DNA of 63,780 bases, counting the filler, from Octopus bimaculoides (Eukaryota), in the NCBI RefSeq assembly GCF_001194135.2. It is 5 parts of 5 records of this genome, joined end to end, with 100 filler letters (N's around TTAATTAATTAA, not from the genome) between each part and the next. Parts side by side here need not be neighbours in the genome. Positions count along the whole stretch, not along the records: positions 1 to 25,437 come from NC_068989.1; positions 25,538 to 49,482 come from NC_068985.1; 3 more parts are not named here. The stretch is one strand, 5' to 3'. Shown one piece after another: positions 15,119 through 26,843 of this stretch. The notes below the pieces were generated by a model that worked only from the letters and a program-made list of their open reading frames with translations, was not told the DNA's origin and ran no database searches. The first letter of the stretch is position 1; each line of letters starts with the position of its first letter. Made by a program: the position numbers and the translations under genes.

Positions 15119-16145
15119 CGAGGTCTGATCAATAAGTACCGGGTCTGTTGCCATAGTAACGAAGCTAAAGCACACAGACTGAAGCCGCTCGACAAAGATT
15201 GACCTTCAACACTGTTGAGTATGTGCACTAAGTTTTAACGTTCTAGCTAATTTCCACTGTCTACAGCAGTGCTTGGAAGGAAGGTGTGTAGTGTGTTATC
15301 GCCGCATTTACCATGATAGAGGAAGTCGTCACGGCGATACCTGCTCAAAGGCCTATACAAAGTTGCAGAACGTGTATGGAGAGGAGTGTATGAGCTGCAC
15401 ACAAGTATACGAGTGGTTCAGACGTTTCCAAGATGACCGAAAAAAAATGTCGATGTTGACGAATGTTTTGGGTGACCTGCAACCAGCAGAACAGAGAAAA
15501 TCATGGTAAATGTGCATGCAACTGTTCGTGGAAGTCGTCGAAACAGCATCCGTGAGTTATCGGAGGATGTACAGATTAGTTTCGGTTCAGCTCAGTCGAT
15601 TATCGCTGAAGATTTGGGTATGAGACGCGTGTCTGCCCCGATTGTGCCAGAATTGCTTTCAGCTGACCAAAAGGACACTCGGGCTTCAGTTGCATAAAAT
15701 GTCCTTGATTGTGTCAACAACGATGAAAACTTTTTGAAAACTCTGCGTTGGCCTCTGAGCAGGTATTGCTAAGCTTTTGGCAAAATTTGCTGCAGATTTT
15801 CTTGGAAACGTCTGAGCCACTCGTATACATGTGTGCCGCTCATACGCTCCTGTCCATAGACATTTCTGCAACTTTGTGTAAGCCTCTGAGCAGGTATCAC
15901 TAAGCTTTTGGCAAAATGTGATGCAGATTCTCTTCTCAACTTTCTCTGTCATGTTCAATGTGACGATCACACACTACACACCTTCATTGCAAGCACTGCT
16001 GTAAACAGCAAAAGTTAGCTAGAACGCTTAAACTTGGTGCACATGCGCAGCAGCGTTCAAGGCCAATCTATGCCAAGCGGTTTCACTCTGTGTGCTCTAG
16101 CTTCGTTACTATGGTAACAGTCCTGACACCTACTGATCAGGCCAG
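15119..16145. mobile_element. Mariner-derived element made of two 5' halves in inverted orientation, flanked by TA
   Basis: Left arm: TA|cgaggtctgatcaataagtacc... then a frameshifted transposase N-terminus (DTCSKAYTKLQNVYGEECMSCTQVYEWFRRFQD; SIRELSEDVQISFGSAQSIIAEDLGMRRVSAPIVPELLSADQKDTR). Right arm on the - strand: TA|ctggcctgatcagtaggtgtc... then MTEKVEKRICITFCQKLSDTCSEAYTKLQK. Confidence 0.85.
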
Positions 16146-16411
16146 TATACATACATACGTACGTACATACTTAGGTACTCATCGCTTGTATATAGATAAA
16201 TGTGTTTCTATGTATAGCATGTATGTCGATATATATAGATATACACATTCCTTTATGTATGTATGTATGTCGATATGAATAAATGTGTATTTATGTATAT
16301 AAGTACACACATGTATCTCTCTCTCTCCCTCTCTCTCCCCTCCCTCTCTCCCTCTCCCCCTCTCTCTCCCTCCCTCTCTCTCTCCCCTCCCTCTCTCCCT
16401 CTCTCTGCCCC

Positions 16412-16443
<32 letters not shown>

Positions 16444-17159
16444 GTATATATATGTAAATTTAATAAATGAATATATATACATACGTGCGTGTATCTATGT
16501 ATGTAGATAGAATGGATGTATTTTCTGTATGTCAATATGTATTAGATCTGGGTGTGTTTTTTTTTGTGTATGCATATAAGTATGTATGTATGCATGTATG
16601 TATGTGTGTGCGTACGTAAGTATGTACGTATGTACATACATACTACGTACGTACATATGTATATATGTATGTATATATGTATGTATGTATGTATGTATAT
16701 ATGTATGTATGTATGTATGTATGTTTGCACGTATGTGTGTGTATGAATGTGTGTATGTATGTTTTTATTGGCGATTCATTGCATATTTCCATCCTCCCGC
16801 GAGTTTATTTGTCTTGCCGATGTTGAATGGAAAACTAAAATTATAATTGTCTGCGGCTCGTGTGAGTAAGATGTGTCTGAAGAAATATTCTGTCAGTCTG
16901 TTGTAGAATCATTAGACATTGTCTGTAATCTCGATAGATTGTCAGCAAACAAGTCACGTATATGGAAAGAGAAACATCGTAACGATATCACAATGGAAAG
17001 AACGCGACGAAAATGGCCGCGTTCCGTGTTTGTTTTGTTGAAGCGGAAGGTAGCTGTTCAGACGGTGAAAACACCCGTGTTTGTGGTTGGTTAAGAACGA
17101 CAGAACTGATTATATGCGGGGGTGTATGCAGGGGGGGGGGATTGTCACGGGGAAATTGT

Positions 17160-17720
17160 GGTTGTGGTGGTGTAAGGTAGTGGTGGGGGTGATGGTGGTA
17201 TGTGTAGGTGGTGGCGGTGATGGTGTTTTTGCTGGTATGCGGTGATGGTAGCTCTGGTGGTGGTGGAGATTGTCAGTCGTGGTGATGGTGATGGTTGTTG
17301 TGATGATGATGGTTATGATGAAGAAGATGATAGTTGTGATGATGATGGTGATGCTTGTAGTATTGATATTGGCGGTGAGGGTGATGATTATTTTATGGTG
17401 ATGATGATGATGATGATGTTTGTGGTGAGGTTGATGATGGTGGTGATTTTAATGACAATGGTGATAATGAAGATGGTGATGATGATGATGATGATGACGA
17501 CGAAGACGATGATGTGTTTTGTGATGTTGATGGTGGTGGTGATATTGATGACGATGATGATGGTGACGATGTCGTTTGTGGTGATTGTGACGGTAATGAT
17601 CATGATGATGATAGCTGTGGCGATGATTGTATCATGTGTTGCATGTAGTGGCGTTCATCAGAGCTGGATGGTGGTTATTTGGGATGAAAATCCCCGTAGT
17701 CGTGGTGGTGGTCATATCAT
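17160..17720. repeat. Degenerate (GGT)/(GAT) trinucleotide low-complexity tract
   Basis: Directly visible; produces Met/Val/Asp-rich pseudo-ORFs. Confidence 0.9.
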
Positions 17721-17902
17721 GAACATCACTAAAGATTTTATTTACCGTGGCTACCTGGTAAGAAGCTTGCTTCCCAACAACAAGGTCCTGGGTTCAATTC
17801 CACTGCGTGGCATCTTGGGTAAATGTATAGACTCAGGCTGACCAAAGCCTTGCCTGTGCATTTGATAGACAGAAACTGAAAGAAGGCTGCCACATATATA
17901 TG

Positions 17903-17942
<40 letters not shown>

Positions 17943-18303
17943 CAATAATAAATCTCTGAACGAGGTATAAACAGTAGCTGCACGACAATGTGAAGTAGAT
18001 TTGCCACTTAAATGCGGCTAACCACTTAGGGTGAATGCTACTGTAGCTTTTAGCCCCAGGAGGACACCTTCTCCACTTGGCTATTGACACACTTTCTGTG
18101 CCCTATCGGTATTTGCAAAGGGAAGGCATCCTTCCCATCGTCGACCTGATATGATACGCGCGGACCCTGGTTTGTGGGTATTTACCCTTCGTCAGCGTAC
18201 GACAATCACCGATCTTCAATGCGAAGGGGTCCCACACACACACACACACATTGTTTTTCTTCACTCGTTTATTACTCTTCTTATTTTATTATTTTAACTC
18301 ATA

Positions 18304-18517
18304 TAAGGCGGCAAGCTGGCGGAATCGTTAGCATGCCAGGTGAAATTCGTAGCGATATTTCGTCTGTCTTTACGTTCTGAGTTCAAATTCCGCCGAAGTC
18401 AACTTTGCTTTTCGTCTTTTCGGGGTCGATTAATTAAGTACCAGTTGAGTACTAGGTTCGACCGAATTGACTGGCTCCCTCCCTCAAAATTCCGGGCCTT
18501 GTTCCTAGAGAAGGAAA
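18304..18517 (+). mobile_element. tRNA-derived SINE, family B, monomer
   Basis: ggcggcaagctggcggaatcgttagc...gttctgagttcaaattccgccgaag...ggggtcgattaattaagtaccag...cgggccttgttcctagag; many copies in the window. Confidence 0.8.
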
Positions 18518-18829
18518 GATTATCTTAACTCATGTCCATTGTCAGCAAATTTTTCGTCACACATCTGTGACCTCTTCAGCGACAGTTTTCGTTTTCGTGT
18601 GTGTTCTTGCTCCACTTACTCCATTCTGTTCTTCGGACAATGGACATGAATTAAAATAATAAAATAGGAACAGTAATAAACGAGTGAAGAAAAGATATAT
18701 AGAGCATGTGTTTATTTGGCATAAAAAAAAACACAAAAAAACTGACCATCCCGAAATACAATAATATCTGTTTCAAAACACGATTTCATATCAGGAATCT
18801 TGCAAAACGTTCTGTTCTACTGTATTTCG

Positions 18830-18998
18830 AAGGGCTAGCCTTGTCACACTCTGTGCCACGCTGAATCTCTCCGAGAACTATGTTAAGGGTACACGTGTCT
18901 GTGGAATGCTCAGCCACTTGCACGTTAATTTCACGAGCAGGCTGTTCCGTTGATCGGATCGACTGGAACCCTCGTCGTCGTAACCGACGGAGTACCGC
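18830..18998 (+). mobile_element. SINE family C 3' tail
   Basis: agccttgtcacactctgtgccacgctgaatctctccgagaactatgttaagggtacacgtg...gtaaccgacggagt matches 48980-49135. Confidence 0.75.
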
Positions 18999-19428
18999 GA
19001 TATTTTATTAATTAACAAATAATAATAAAACAATAAATGACCCATCTGAATCATATCAACAAATATAAAGCATGATCTTTAAACACATAGACATAATGAA
19101 CTTATATAAGTATTAACAACACCGATTCATCTCTCTCTCTCTCTCACAGCTCTATGTCTCCCATTATCTATTTATGTATCTCAACCCAACATTATTTAAT
19201 ATCTCGCTGATGTTACCATTAGAGGGTATCCACGTCAACGTAAAACACTCGGCGAGTAAACCAATAACGAATGGTTAGAATATTTATGACATAATCATTG
19301 AAGAACGAGAAACGGCATACGATTTGATGCATGCCGTACACTTTATTTTCACGCATGCATGTTTTCATCCATCCATCCATCCATCCATCAGTCCATCAGT
19401 CCATCATATACATACATACATACAAACA

Positions 19429-19474
<46 letters not shown>

Positions 19475-20755
19475 TGTATGATAATTGTCTTTCTGTGTAT
19501 TGTCTATGAATGCAATACATATTACATAGAATTACAGGCTTGTGTATTTACTCTCATTGTAATGTAAGGCACACGAGGGAATTTTCGCCTCAAGCATAAG
19601 TGCATATTTCAATTATTCATAACCCATGATCTATTGCTGTGCTAGTAGCTTTTTCCTCCGCTCTCTCTAACTAACTCTCTCTCTCTCTAACTAACTCTCT
19701 CTCTCTCTAACTAACTCTCTCTCTCTCTTTAACTCTATAAACCTCTTTGTATATACATATATATATNNNNNNNNNNNNNNNNNNNNNNNNNNNNNNNNNN
19801 NNNNNNNNNNNNNNNNNNNNNNNNNNNNNNNNNNNNNNNNNNNNNNNNNNNNNNNNNNNNNNNNNNNNNNNNNNNNNNNNNNNNNNNNNNNNNNNNNNNN
19901 NNNNNNNNNNNNNNNNNNNNNNNNNNNNNNNNNNNNNNNNNNNNNNNNNNNNNNNNNNNNNNNNNNNNNNNNNNNNNNNNNNNNNNNNNNNNNNNNNNNN
20001 NNNNNNNNNNNNNNNNNNNNNNNNNNNNNNNNNNNNNNNNNNNNNNNNNNNNNNNNNNNNNNNNNNNNNNNNNNNNNNNNNNNNNNNNNNNNNNNNNNNN
20101 NNNNNNNNNNNNNNNNNNNNNNNNNNNNNNNNNNNNNNNNNNNNNNNNNNNNNNNNNNNNNNNNNNNNNNNNNNNNNNNNNNNNNNNNNNNNATATATAT
20201 ATATATATATATATATATAAACAGAAGCCAAATGTGCTTCAAGGGGACACAATTTGGATTTCAACCCTACATGCACAATATATATATATATATTTATATG
20301 TGTGTGTGTTTATATATATGTATATATATATATATAGAGAGAGAGAGACAGATGTGAGATATGTATATTTATCTAAATATATATACTTACATACATGCAT
20401 GTGTGTGTGTGTGTGTGTAGCGGAGAGAGTGTATGTGTCTGTGACTGTGAGTGTGTGTCTGTAAAGTGCTTCATTACAAACTGCAGAAGTTCCAATGTTG
20501 TGATCTTGTCAAACGTCAAACGATGTTAAATGAGGACAAGTTGAAAACTGTTTCGTCGTACTTCACCTAAGGAAACTATTTCAGGCTGAGAAAGAAAATG
20601 ATGATGACGATGATGATGATGGTGATGATGACGATGGTGATGACGATGATGAAGAAGAAGAAGAAGAAGAAGAAGAAGAAGAAGAAGAAGGGGAACAAAG
20701 AAGATGATGATGCTGGTGATGATAAAGGAGAAAAAAAAGTACTAGTAGTAGTAGC

Positions 20756-20796
<41 letters not shown>

Positions 20797-21031
20797 GAAA
20801 TGTAAGAAAAACTGAATGCTTATAGCTCGAAGAGGCAAAAATATTGGGTGTGTAAGTTTATAGGAGTACGAGTTAGAGGAATACCCGAGGTGAAATTAGT
20901 TGCGTAAGAATTGTCGCAATGGAATTAAACAAGATTTCTGAAATTAGAAAATTCCTTAAATTAAAAGCATGCTGAAGAAGAGGAAGCTGAAAGGGTGAAA
21001 AAAATCTCTATATATAAATATTCCAAAATAA

Positions 21032-21062
<31 letters not shown>

Positions 21063-22394
21063 NNNNNNNNNNNNNNNNNNNNNNNNNNNNNNNNNNNNNN
21101 NNNNNNNNNNNNNNNNNNNNNNNNNNNNNNNNNNNNNNNNNNNNNNNNNNNNNNNNNNNNNNNNNNNNNNNNNNNNNNNNNNNNNNNNNNNNNNNNNNNN
21201 NNNNNNNNNNNNNNNNNNNNNNNNNNNNNNNNNNNNNNNNNNNNNNNNNNNNNNNNNNNNNNNNNNNNNNNNNNNNNNNNNNNNNNNNNNNNNNNNNNNN
21301 NNNNNNNNNNNNNNNNNNNNNNNNNNNNNNNNNNNNNNNNNNNNNNNNNNNNNNNNNNNNNNNNNNNNNNNNNNNNNNNNNNNNNNNNNNNNNNNNNNNN
21401 NNNNNNNNNNNNNNNNNNNNNNNNNNNNNNNNNNNNNNNNNNNNNNNNNNNNNNNNNNNNNNNNNNNNNNNNNNNNNNNNNNNNNNNNNNNNNNNNNNNN
21501 NNNNNNNNNNNNNNNNNNNNNNNNNNNNNNNNNNNNNNNNNNNNNNNNNNNNNNNNNNNNNNNNNNNNNNNNNNNNNNNNNNNNNNNNATAGGCATGCAG
21601 TACGTGCATGCGTTTCAAAATTAATAAAGAGGAAGTAAAAAAAAACAAAACAGAATGATAGCCATAATACAGATACTTACTAATTTTGAGCCGAAGACTG
21701 TGTCTTTTGAAAGGAGAAGATAGCGGCGGCGAGATTTGATCTCAGGACGTAAGATCCAGCAGAACTGTACTTCACCATTTTGCAGAACGTTCTCAAGATT
21801 CGATGAAAATTCATAATAATAATGGCAACAATACTGGTTTCAAATTTGGGGACAAGGCCAGCAATTTGAATGTGTGGGGGTGAAGGTGGGTGGATGGGTG
21901 AGTCGATTAAATGGGACCCAGTGCTCGACTGGTACATATTTTATAGACCTCGAAGAGATGACAAGCAAATTCAACCCCAGCGGTATTTGAACCCAGAGCT
22001 TAAAGACAGATTAAATACTGTTAGGCATTTTGACCGGCGTACTAATGATTCCGCTAACTCACCGCCTTAATTTTTTTATCATAATAACAGCAATAATACT
22101 AATAATATTTGCTCGAAACTTGGGCGGTATGTCCAGTACTTTAAAGGACAGCGTGGGGCACTTACATGGATGTTTTTTTTCTCGACAAGATCTCGCAAAA
22201 CAGAGGCCATTAGACAACAGACATTTGTACCCGTTTCTTGTTACCCATCAACCATCTTTATTTTCACCACGCTTCAGTTGAGTTCGGTCGGTATGGGGGC
22301 CAATTCGTTCCTCTTCTTTTTCTCCGTTTCCGACGGAAATTTCACGTCAGCCGTTCTGTATCTTCCCCTTTTAGCGGTGGAGTGGTGATGGCAG

Positions 22395-22600
22395 ACAATT
22401 AATGGCAAATCGTTCATCTCAGTACAGCCGATCCAGCGTAGTGAAAAATGCTGGTTGAGGTCATCGCATACGTGTCTATGCAAATGTGACCGAGCCCCGT
22501 CTTGCTGCATAACGAGGGCGGGTAACCCACCTTTCAACTGGGGCAAAAACCAAATGGACATTATGTCGAGTTATGTACATCCTGTAACGGTAGATTCAGT
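22395..22600 (-). mobile_element. Tc1/mariner-superfamily transposase catalytic-domain fragment
   Basis: Minus ORF IWFLPQLKGGLPALVMQQDGARSHLHRHVCDDLNQHFSLRWIG carries the QQDGAxxH...LNxxFxxRWIG signature. Confidence 0.75.
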
Positions 22601-22987
22601 GAAGAAATAAGACCCAATCACTCCTAGTTTTGTTATGGCGTACAAAATGGTTACCTTAAGAGAATCATGTTTATGTTTCAGCATCACAAGCAGATATGCA
22701 GTGCCCCCAAATCTCAAACTGTATCTATTCATTTTGCCACTTAATGATGAAACATGGCTTCGTCATGAAATAGGAGTCTAAAAAAAGGTGAGATTATGAG
22801 TATTGCCACAGAAAACGTTGACAGTTGCCCTTTCAGGTTACATCAGTGTTCTTGTAATATATATTTATTACAGCGCTCATAGATATGTTTGCTTTTCATG
22901 CCATTTATTCTGAATTATCTTGAATTAATGTCCACTTGGTCGTTGACCATGGATGTTGAATAACTCTTGAGTATTCCATGTTTTTGC

Positions 22988-23047
<60 letters not shown>

Positions 23048-23050
23048 ACA

Positions 23051-23083
<33 letters not shown>

Positions 23084-23661
23084 TGACGTTTTTATTCCTA
23101 TATTTATCAATCTCTCATGCGTTTTGTGCCTCTTATATTTATCACGCATAACTCGATACATGTAATCTTTATTTATATGTGATTTTATATGTATTTTATA
23201 TGCTTTTAAATTGCTTCTATATTTTTATGTATGTTTGGTTTTATTCTTTATACCCTTGGAGAATCTTCACGCCTGTACATGCATGATTTATGTTGATGTG
23301 TATAAATATATATGATTCAATTACATTGATTGAATNNNNNNNNNNNNNNNNNNNNNNNNNNNNNNNNNNNNNNNNNNNNNNNNNNNNNNNNNNNNNNNNN
23401 NNNNNNNNNNNNNNNNNNNNNNNNNNNNNNNNNNNNNNNNNNNNNNNNNNNNNNNNNNNNNNNNNNNNNNNNNNNNNNNNNNNNNNNNNNNNNNNNNNNN
23501 NNNNNNNNNNNNNNNNNNNNNNNNNNNNNNNNNNNNNNNNNNNNNNNNNNNNNNNNNNNNNNNNNNNNNNNNNNNNNNNNNNNNNNNNNNNNNNNNNNNN
23601 NNNNNNNNNNNNNNNNNNNNNNNNNNNNNNNNNNNNNNNNNNNNNNNNNNNNNNNNNNNNN

Positions 23662-24047
23662 TTTCAGTCATTTTGACTGTGGAAATGCTGGAGCACCGCC
23701 TTTAGTCGAGCAAATCCATCCCAGGACTTATTCTTTGTAAGCCTAGTACTTATTCTATCGGTCTCTTTTTGCCGAACCGCTAAGTTATGGGGACGTAAAC
23801 ACACCAGCATCGGTTGTCAGGCAATGTTGGGGGACAAACACAGACACACAAACACACACATATACATATATACATACATATACATATATGCGACGCGCTT
23901 CTTTCAGTTTCCGTCTACCATATCGACTCACAAGCCTTCGGTCGACCCGAGGCTATATTAGAAGACACTTGCCCAAGGTGCCACGCAGTGGGACTGAACC
24001 CGGAACCATGTGGTTGGTAAGCAAGCTACTTACCACACAGCCACTCC
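23662..24047 (-). mobile_element. SINE family A, near full length
   Basis: Complete order of family A segments, ending ...gtggttggtaagcaagctacttaccacacagccact on the + strand. Confidence 0.85.
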
Positions 24048-25150
24048 TATGTATTATAAATTGAAAACGTACCGGTTTATTTCAAAGATTTTTTTGATTT
24101 TTAAAAGTTATGATTAAAAGACGTGGGCTATATCGCAACTGTCTTATATTTATAGAATTGTAATATAACTATTAAATAATCTATGGCACTTGTTGCTTTC
24201 TATATCTGGACAAAATTTTGGCTGTCGTTTTTACTGTTCTTTGATATCACTTTCAAGTTATTTTGGAACCGATTCTTTATTTTACTAAACTTGAATTTTT
24301 TAAAAGTTAGTAGAGCACATCTTAAAAACATTGCAGAAATCTTTAAAAGTTAGATATCTCTCAGTTCTGAAGCCATAGTTCCATTGATTGCTACCATTTC
24401 TTGTGTGTTGTCTTCACTGTAGATTTTAAAAAAAGTTTCCGGTTTTTGCCTCTGACATTTGAGTAAAATGCTTTCCCATTAGCAATTTGAAAGTTTTTAT
24501 TCGATAACTTTATTTTCTACGTCTGTCTATTTACCAATAGTGATTTCAAAACTGCTCAATTATAAAGGATGTTAATATCTGAAGGTTTATTAAGATGGCG
24601 TGCTAGCAAGCTCATTGGCATTTTGGACAAAGTTATTAGCAACATTTCGTCTGCCATTATGTTTTGAATTCAAATTTTGTGTTTCTTCCCTTTTGAAACT
24701 TGATAAGATAAGTAGCAGTTGAGTACTGGGGTACACGTAGTCTACTTACACTTCCCGCTCAAAATTGCTGGCCTAGTGCCAAAATTTGAAATCAACCTCT
24801 GCCTGCAGATTTTGTAGGATCGTAAGTTAACCTTTATTTCGTTATCTTATGAACCGAGTCATTTCCATTATCGTAGTGACCCTGCCAAATGTCTGTATAT
24901 GTGTATACGTTGTGTGTATATATGTATATACATACATAGCACCTTGGGTTAAAGTCTTTAGCTATAGTCTTGGGCCAACCTAAAAATTGTGAACAGATTT
25001 GGTAAATTCTGCGGATGACATGTAGCCTGCATCAATCCTTCGACAGGAAATCAATGACAAGACATTGCTTTGAACCCACTCTGTGACTGCAGTGAAAGAA
25101 AATAACTGTTACAATAAGGGATGAGTTACATCTCTGTATGTGGTGTTTTT

Positions 25151-25437
25151 CATCAATACTTGGAGGCTGTCCTCATGGCGGCCGGCTTCGGTCCCATTTT
25201 CCGCGGCTGGATGGCTGCCTTGTACAGGGGCATCCGTTCGGTAGTTCGCGTCAATGGGCACCTATCAAGACCATTCGACATTGCACGTTCGGTCCGTCAG
25301 GGATGCCCCCTCTCGTCGCTCCTGTACGTATTGACTCTCGAGCCACTACTGCGGAAGCTGGCAACGCTGAGGGGCATCCCGCGAGAGTTGGGATGCGGGA
25401 CGAGCGTGTCGGCATATGCGGACGACGTCACCGTCAT
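25151..25437 (+). mobile_element. L1/Tx1-clade reverse transcriptase fragment, cut by an assembly gap
   Basis: Open frame HQYLEAVLMAAGFG...VRVNGHLSRPFDIARSVRQGCPLSSLLYVLTLEPL...SAYADDVTV with RQGCPLS and YADD motifs; abruptly GC-rich relative to its flanks. Confidence 0.9.
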
Positions 25438-25481
25438 NNNNNNNNNNNNNNNNNNNNNNNNNNNNNNNNNNNNNNNNNNNN

Positions 25482-25493
25482 TTAATTAATTAA
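25482..25493. other. Assembly spacer TTAATTAATTAA inside an N gap (also 49527-49538, 54489-54500, 57143-57154)
   Basis: Identical 12-mer with stops in all six frames, centred in N runs four times; artefact, not biology. Confidence 0.9.
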
Positions 25494-25919
25494 NNNNNNN
25501 NNNNNNNNNNNNNNNNNNNNNNNNNNNNNNNNNNNNNACTTGCCCAAGGTGACACGCAGTGGGACTGAACCCGGAACCATGTGGTTGGTAAGCAAGCTAC
25601 TTACCACACAGCTACTCCTGCGCCTATATATATATATTATATATATATTATATTATATAGACATACATGTATGCAACTTATATATATATGTATATATATA
25701 TACATATACATACATACATACATACGTACATACATACATACATATATACATACATATATACATACATATATACATACATATACACAAACACACAGAGACA
25801 ATCTTGTGCCTATGTAAATACACATGAAAAATAATGAGGCCATTAAAACTGAAAGCAAAATATGTTATATGTTATTGGAAGCTTCTTGAAGCTTTATAAA
25901 TGATTACTCGAAGGTCGAA

Positions 25920-26200
25920 CAATTATGAAAACTGGAAACCAAGAGAACAGTTAAAATTGGATGCGTTTGAAATGCACGATTATATCTAGGTACTGTTTTA
26001 CGGATAATATTAAAGTAAAACAATCTTAGTTGTCCGCATTATACACACACATACACAGAAAAAGACTCTGAGATGTGTATGGAGGGAAGCAGTAGATTTG
26101 TGGTTAGGAATATGTATTGAAAGAATAAGAATAAGTAGGTAGAATACGAAGAATTTGCTCGAATGTGTGTAAAATTACCAAGCATGCAGGGAATGTAAGG
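25920..26200 (+). mobile_element. Very decayed RTE-clade LINE 3' remnant
   Basis: ENWKPREQLKLDAFEM resembles the RTE motif ESWTL...KKxDAFEMW; the downstream match is weak. Confidence 0.4.
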
Positions 26201-26787
26201 ATTTCTTAAAAGCCTGCGTATTCTATTAAATCCGTAGATATAGAAAACATGGCGGAAGTGAAGTGATTCGATTTAGAAAGAAATTAGCTAAACTTTACAA
26301 AGATCGCTGTGAAAGATAAGTAAAAAATGGCGGCTAAAATTCGATTACACAAAGGAAAATATATAGATGAGTCACTGGGGTTAAAAGCATTTTGATGAAA
26401 TACAATTACAAAACTGGTATTTTAAAGTGTGTCTGCGGGAACTTATTGATTCCGTTGTTTCATTTACTGCATGTGCGTTTTGAAAGGAGAAATTGCTCAC
26501 TGAAGTGAGAAATGTACCGAAAATTGCTTTGATATATCATATGCATGTAAACGCATATCCTGCTTATTTCCTCAATTAATCAGTTTTAATATTTGAAAGC
26601 AGGAATCTTGTGTGACATCACACAATAATCAATACTTTCTAAAGGCAATTATTGTCGTGAAACAATACGGTTTCATGCAAGCGGTGGGATACTGTTGCTA
26701 TTGATCGAACGTCATTTCAATTGAAATAATTATGTGAAGAAACAAACGTTTATAGCAAAATTTCTATTATTTCTATCTTCTGTAAAG

Positions 26788-26843
26788 ATCTGCTGATATT
26801 TATATTTTGTCGGCAATATTCATTCTTACATTTCAACTAAAAG
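26788..26843 (+). CDS. Candidate signal-peptide exon of the myomodulin precursor (xSADIYILSAIFILTFQLK-G)
   Basis: Pyrimidine tract + AAG acceptor (tttctattatttctatcttctgtaaag) and donor AAG|GTAGGT. The phase-1 end joins the acceptor at 39841 in frame to give IYILSAIFILTFQLKGNCNEDTNASQ, a hydrophobic core plus small-residue cleavage region. No in-frame ATG in this exon. Inferred, no transcript evidence. Confidence 0.55.

Noticed and set aside
17242-17841. 199-aa Met/Val/Asp-rich ORF
   Set aside because: Degenerate GAT/GGT repeat running into a SINE.
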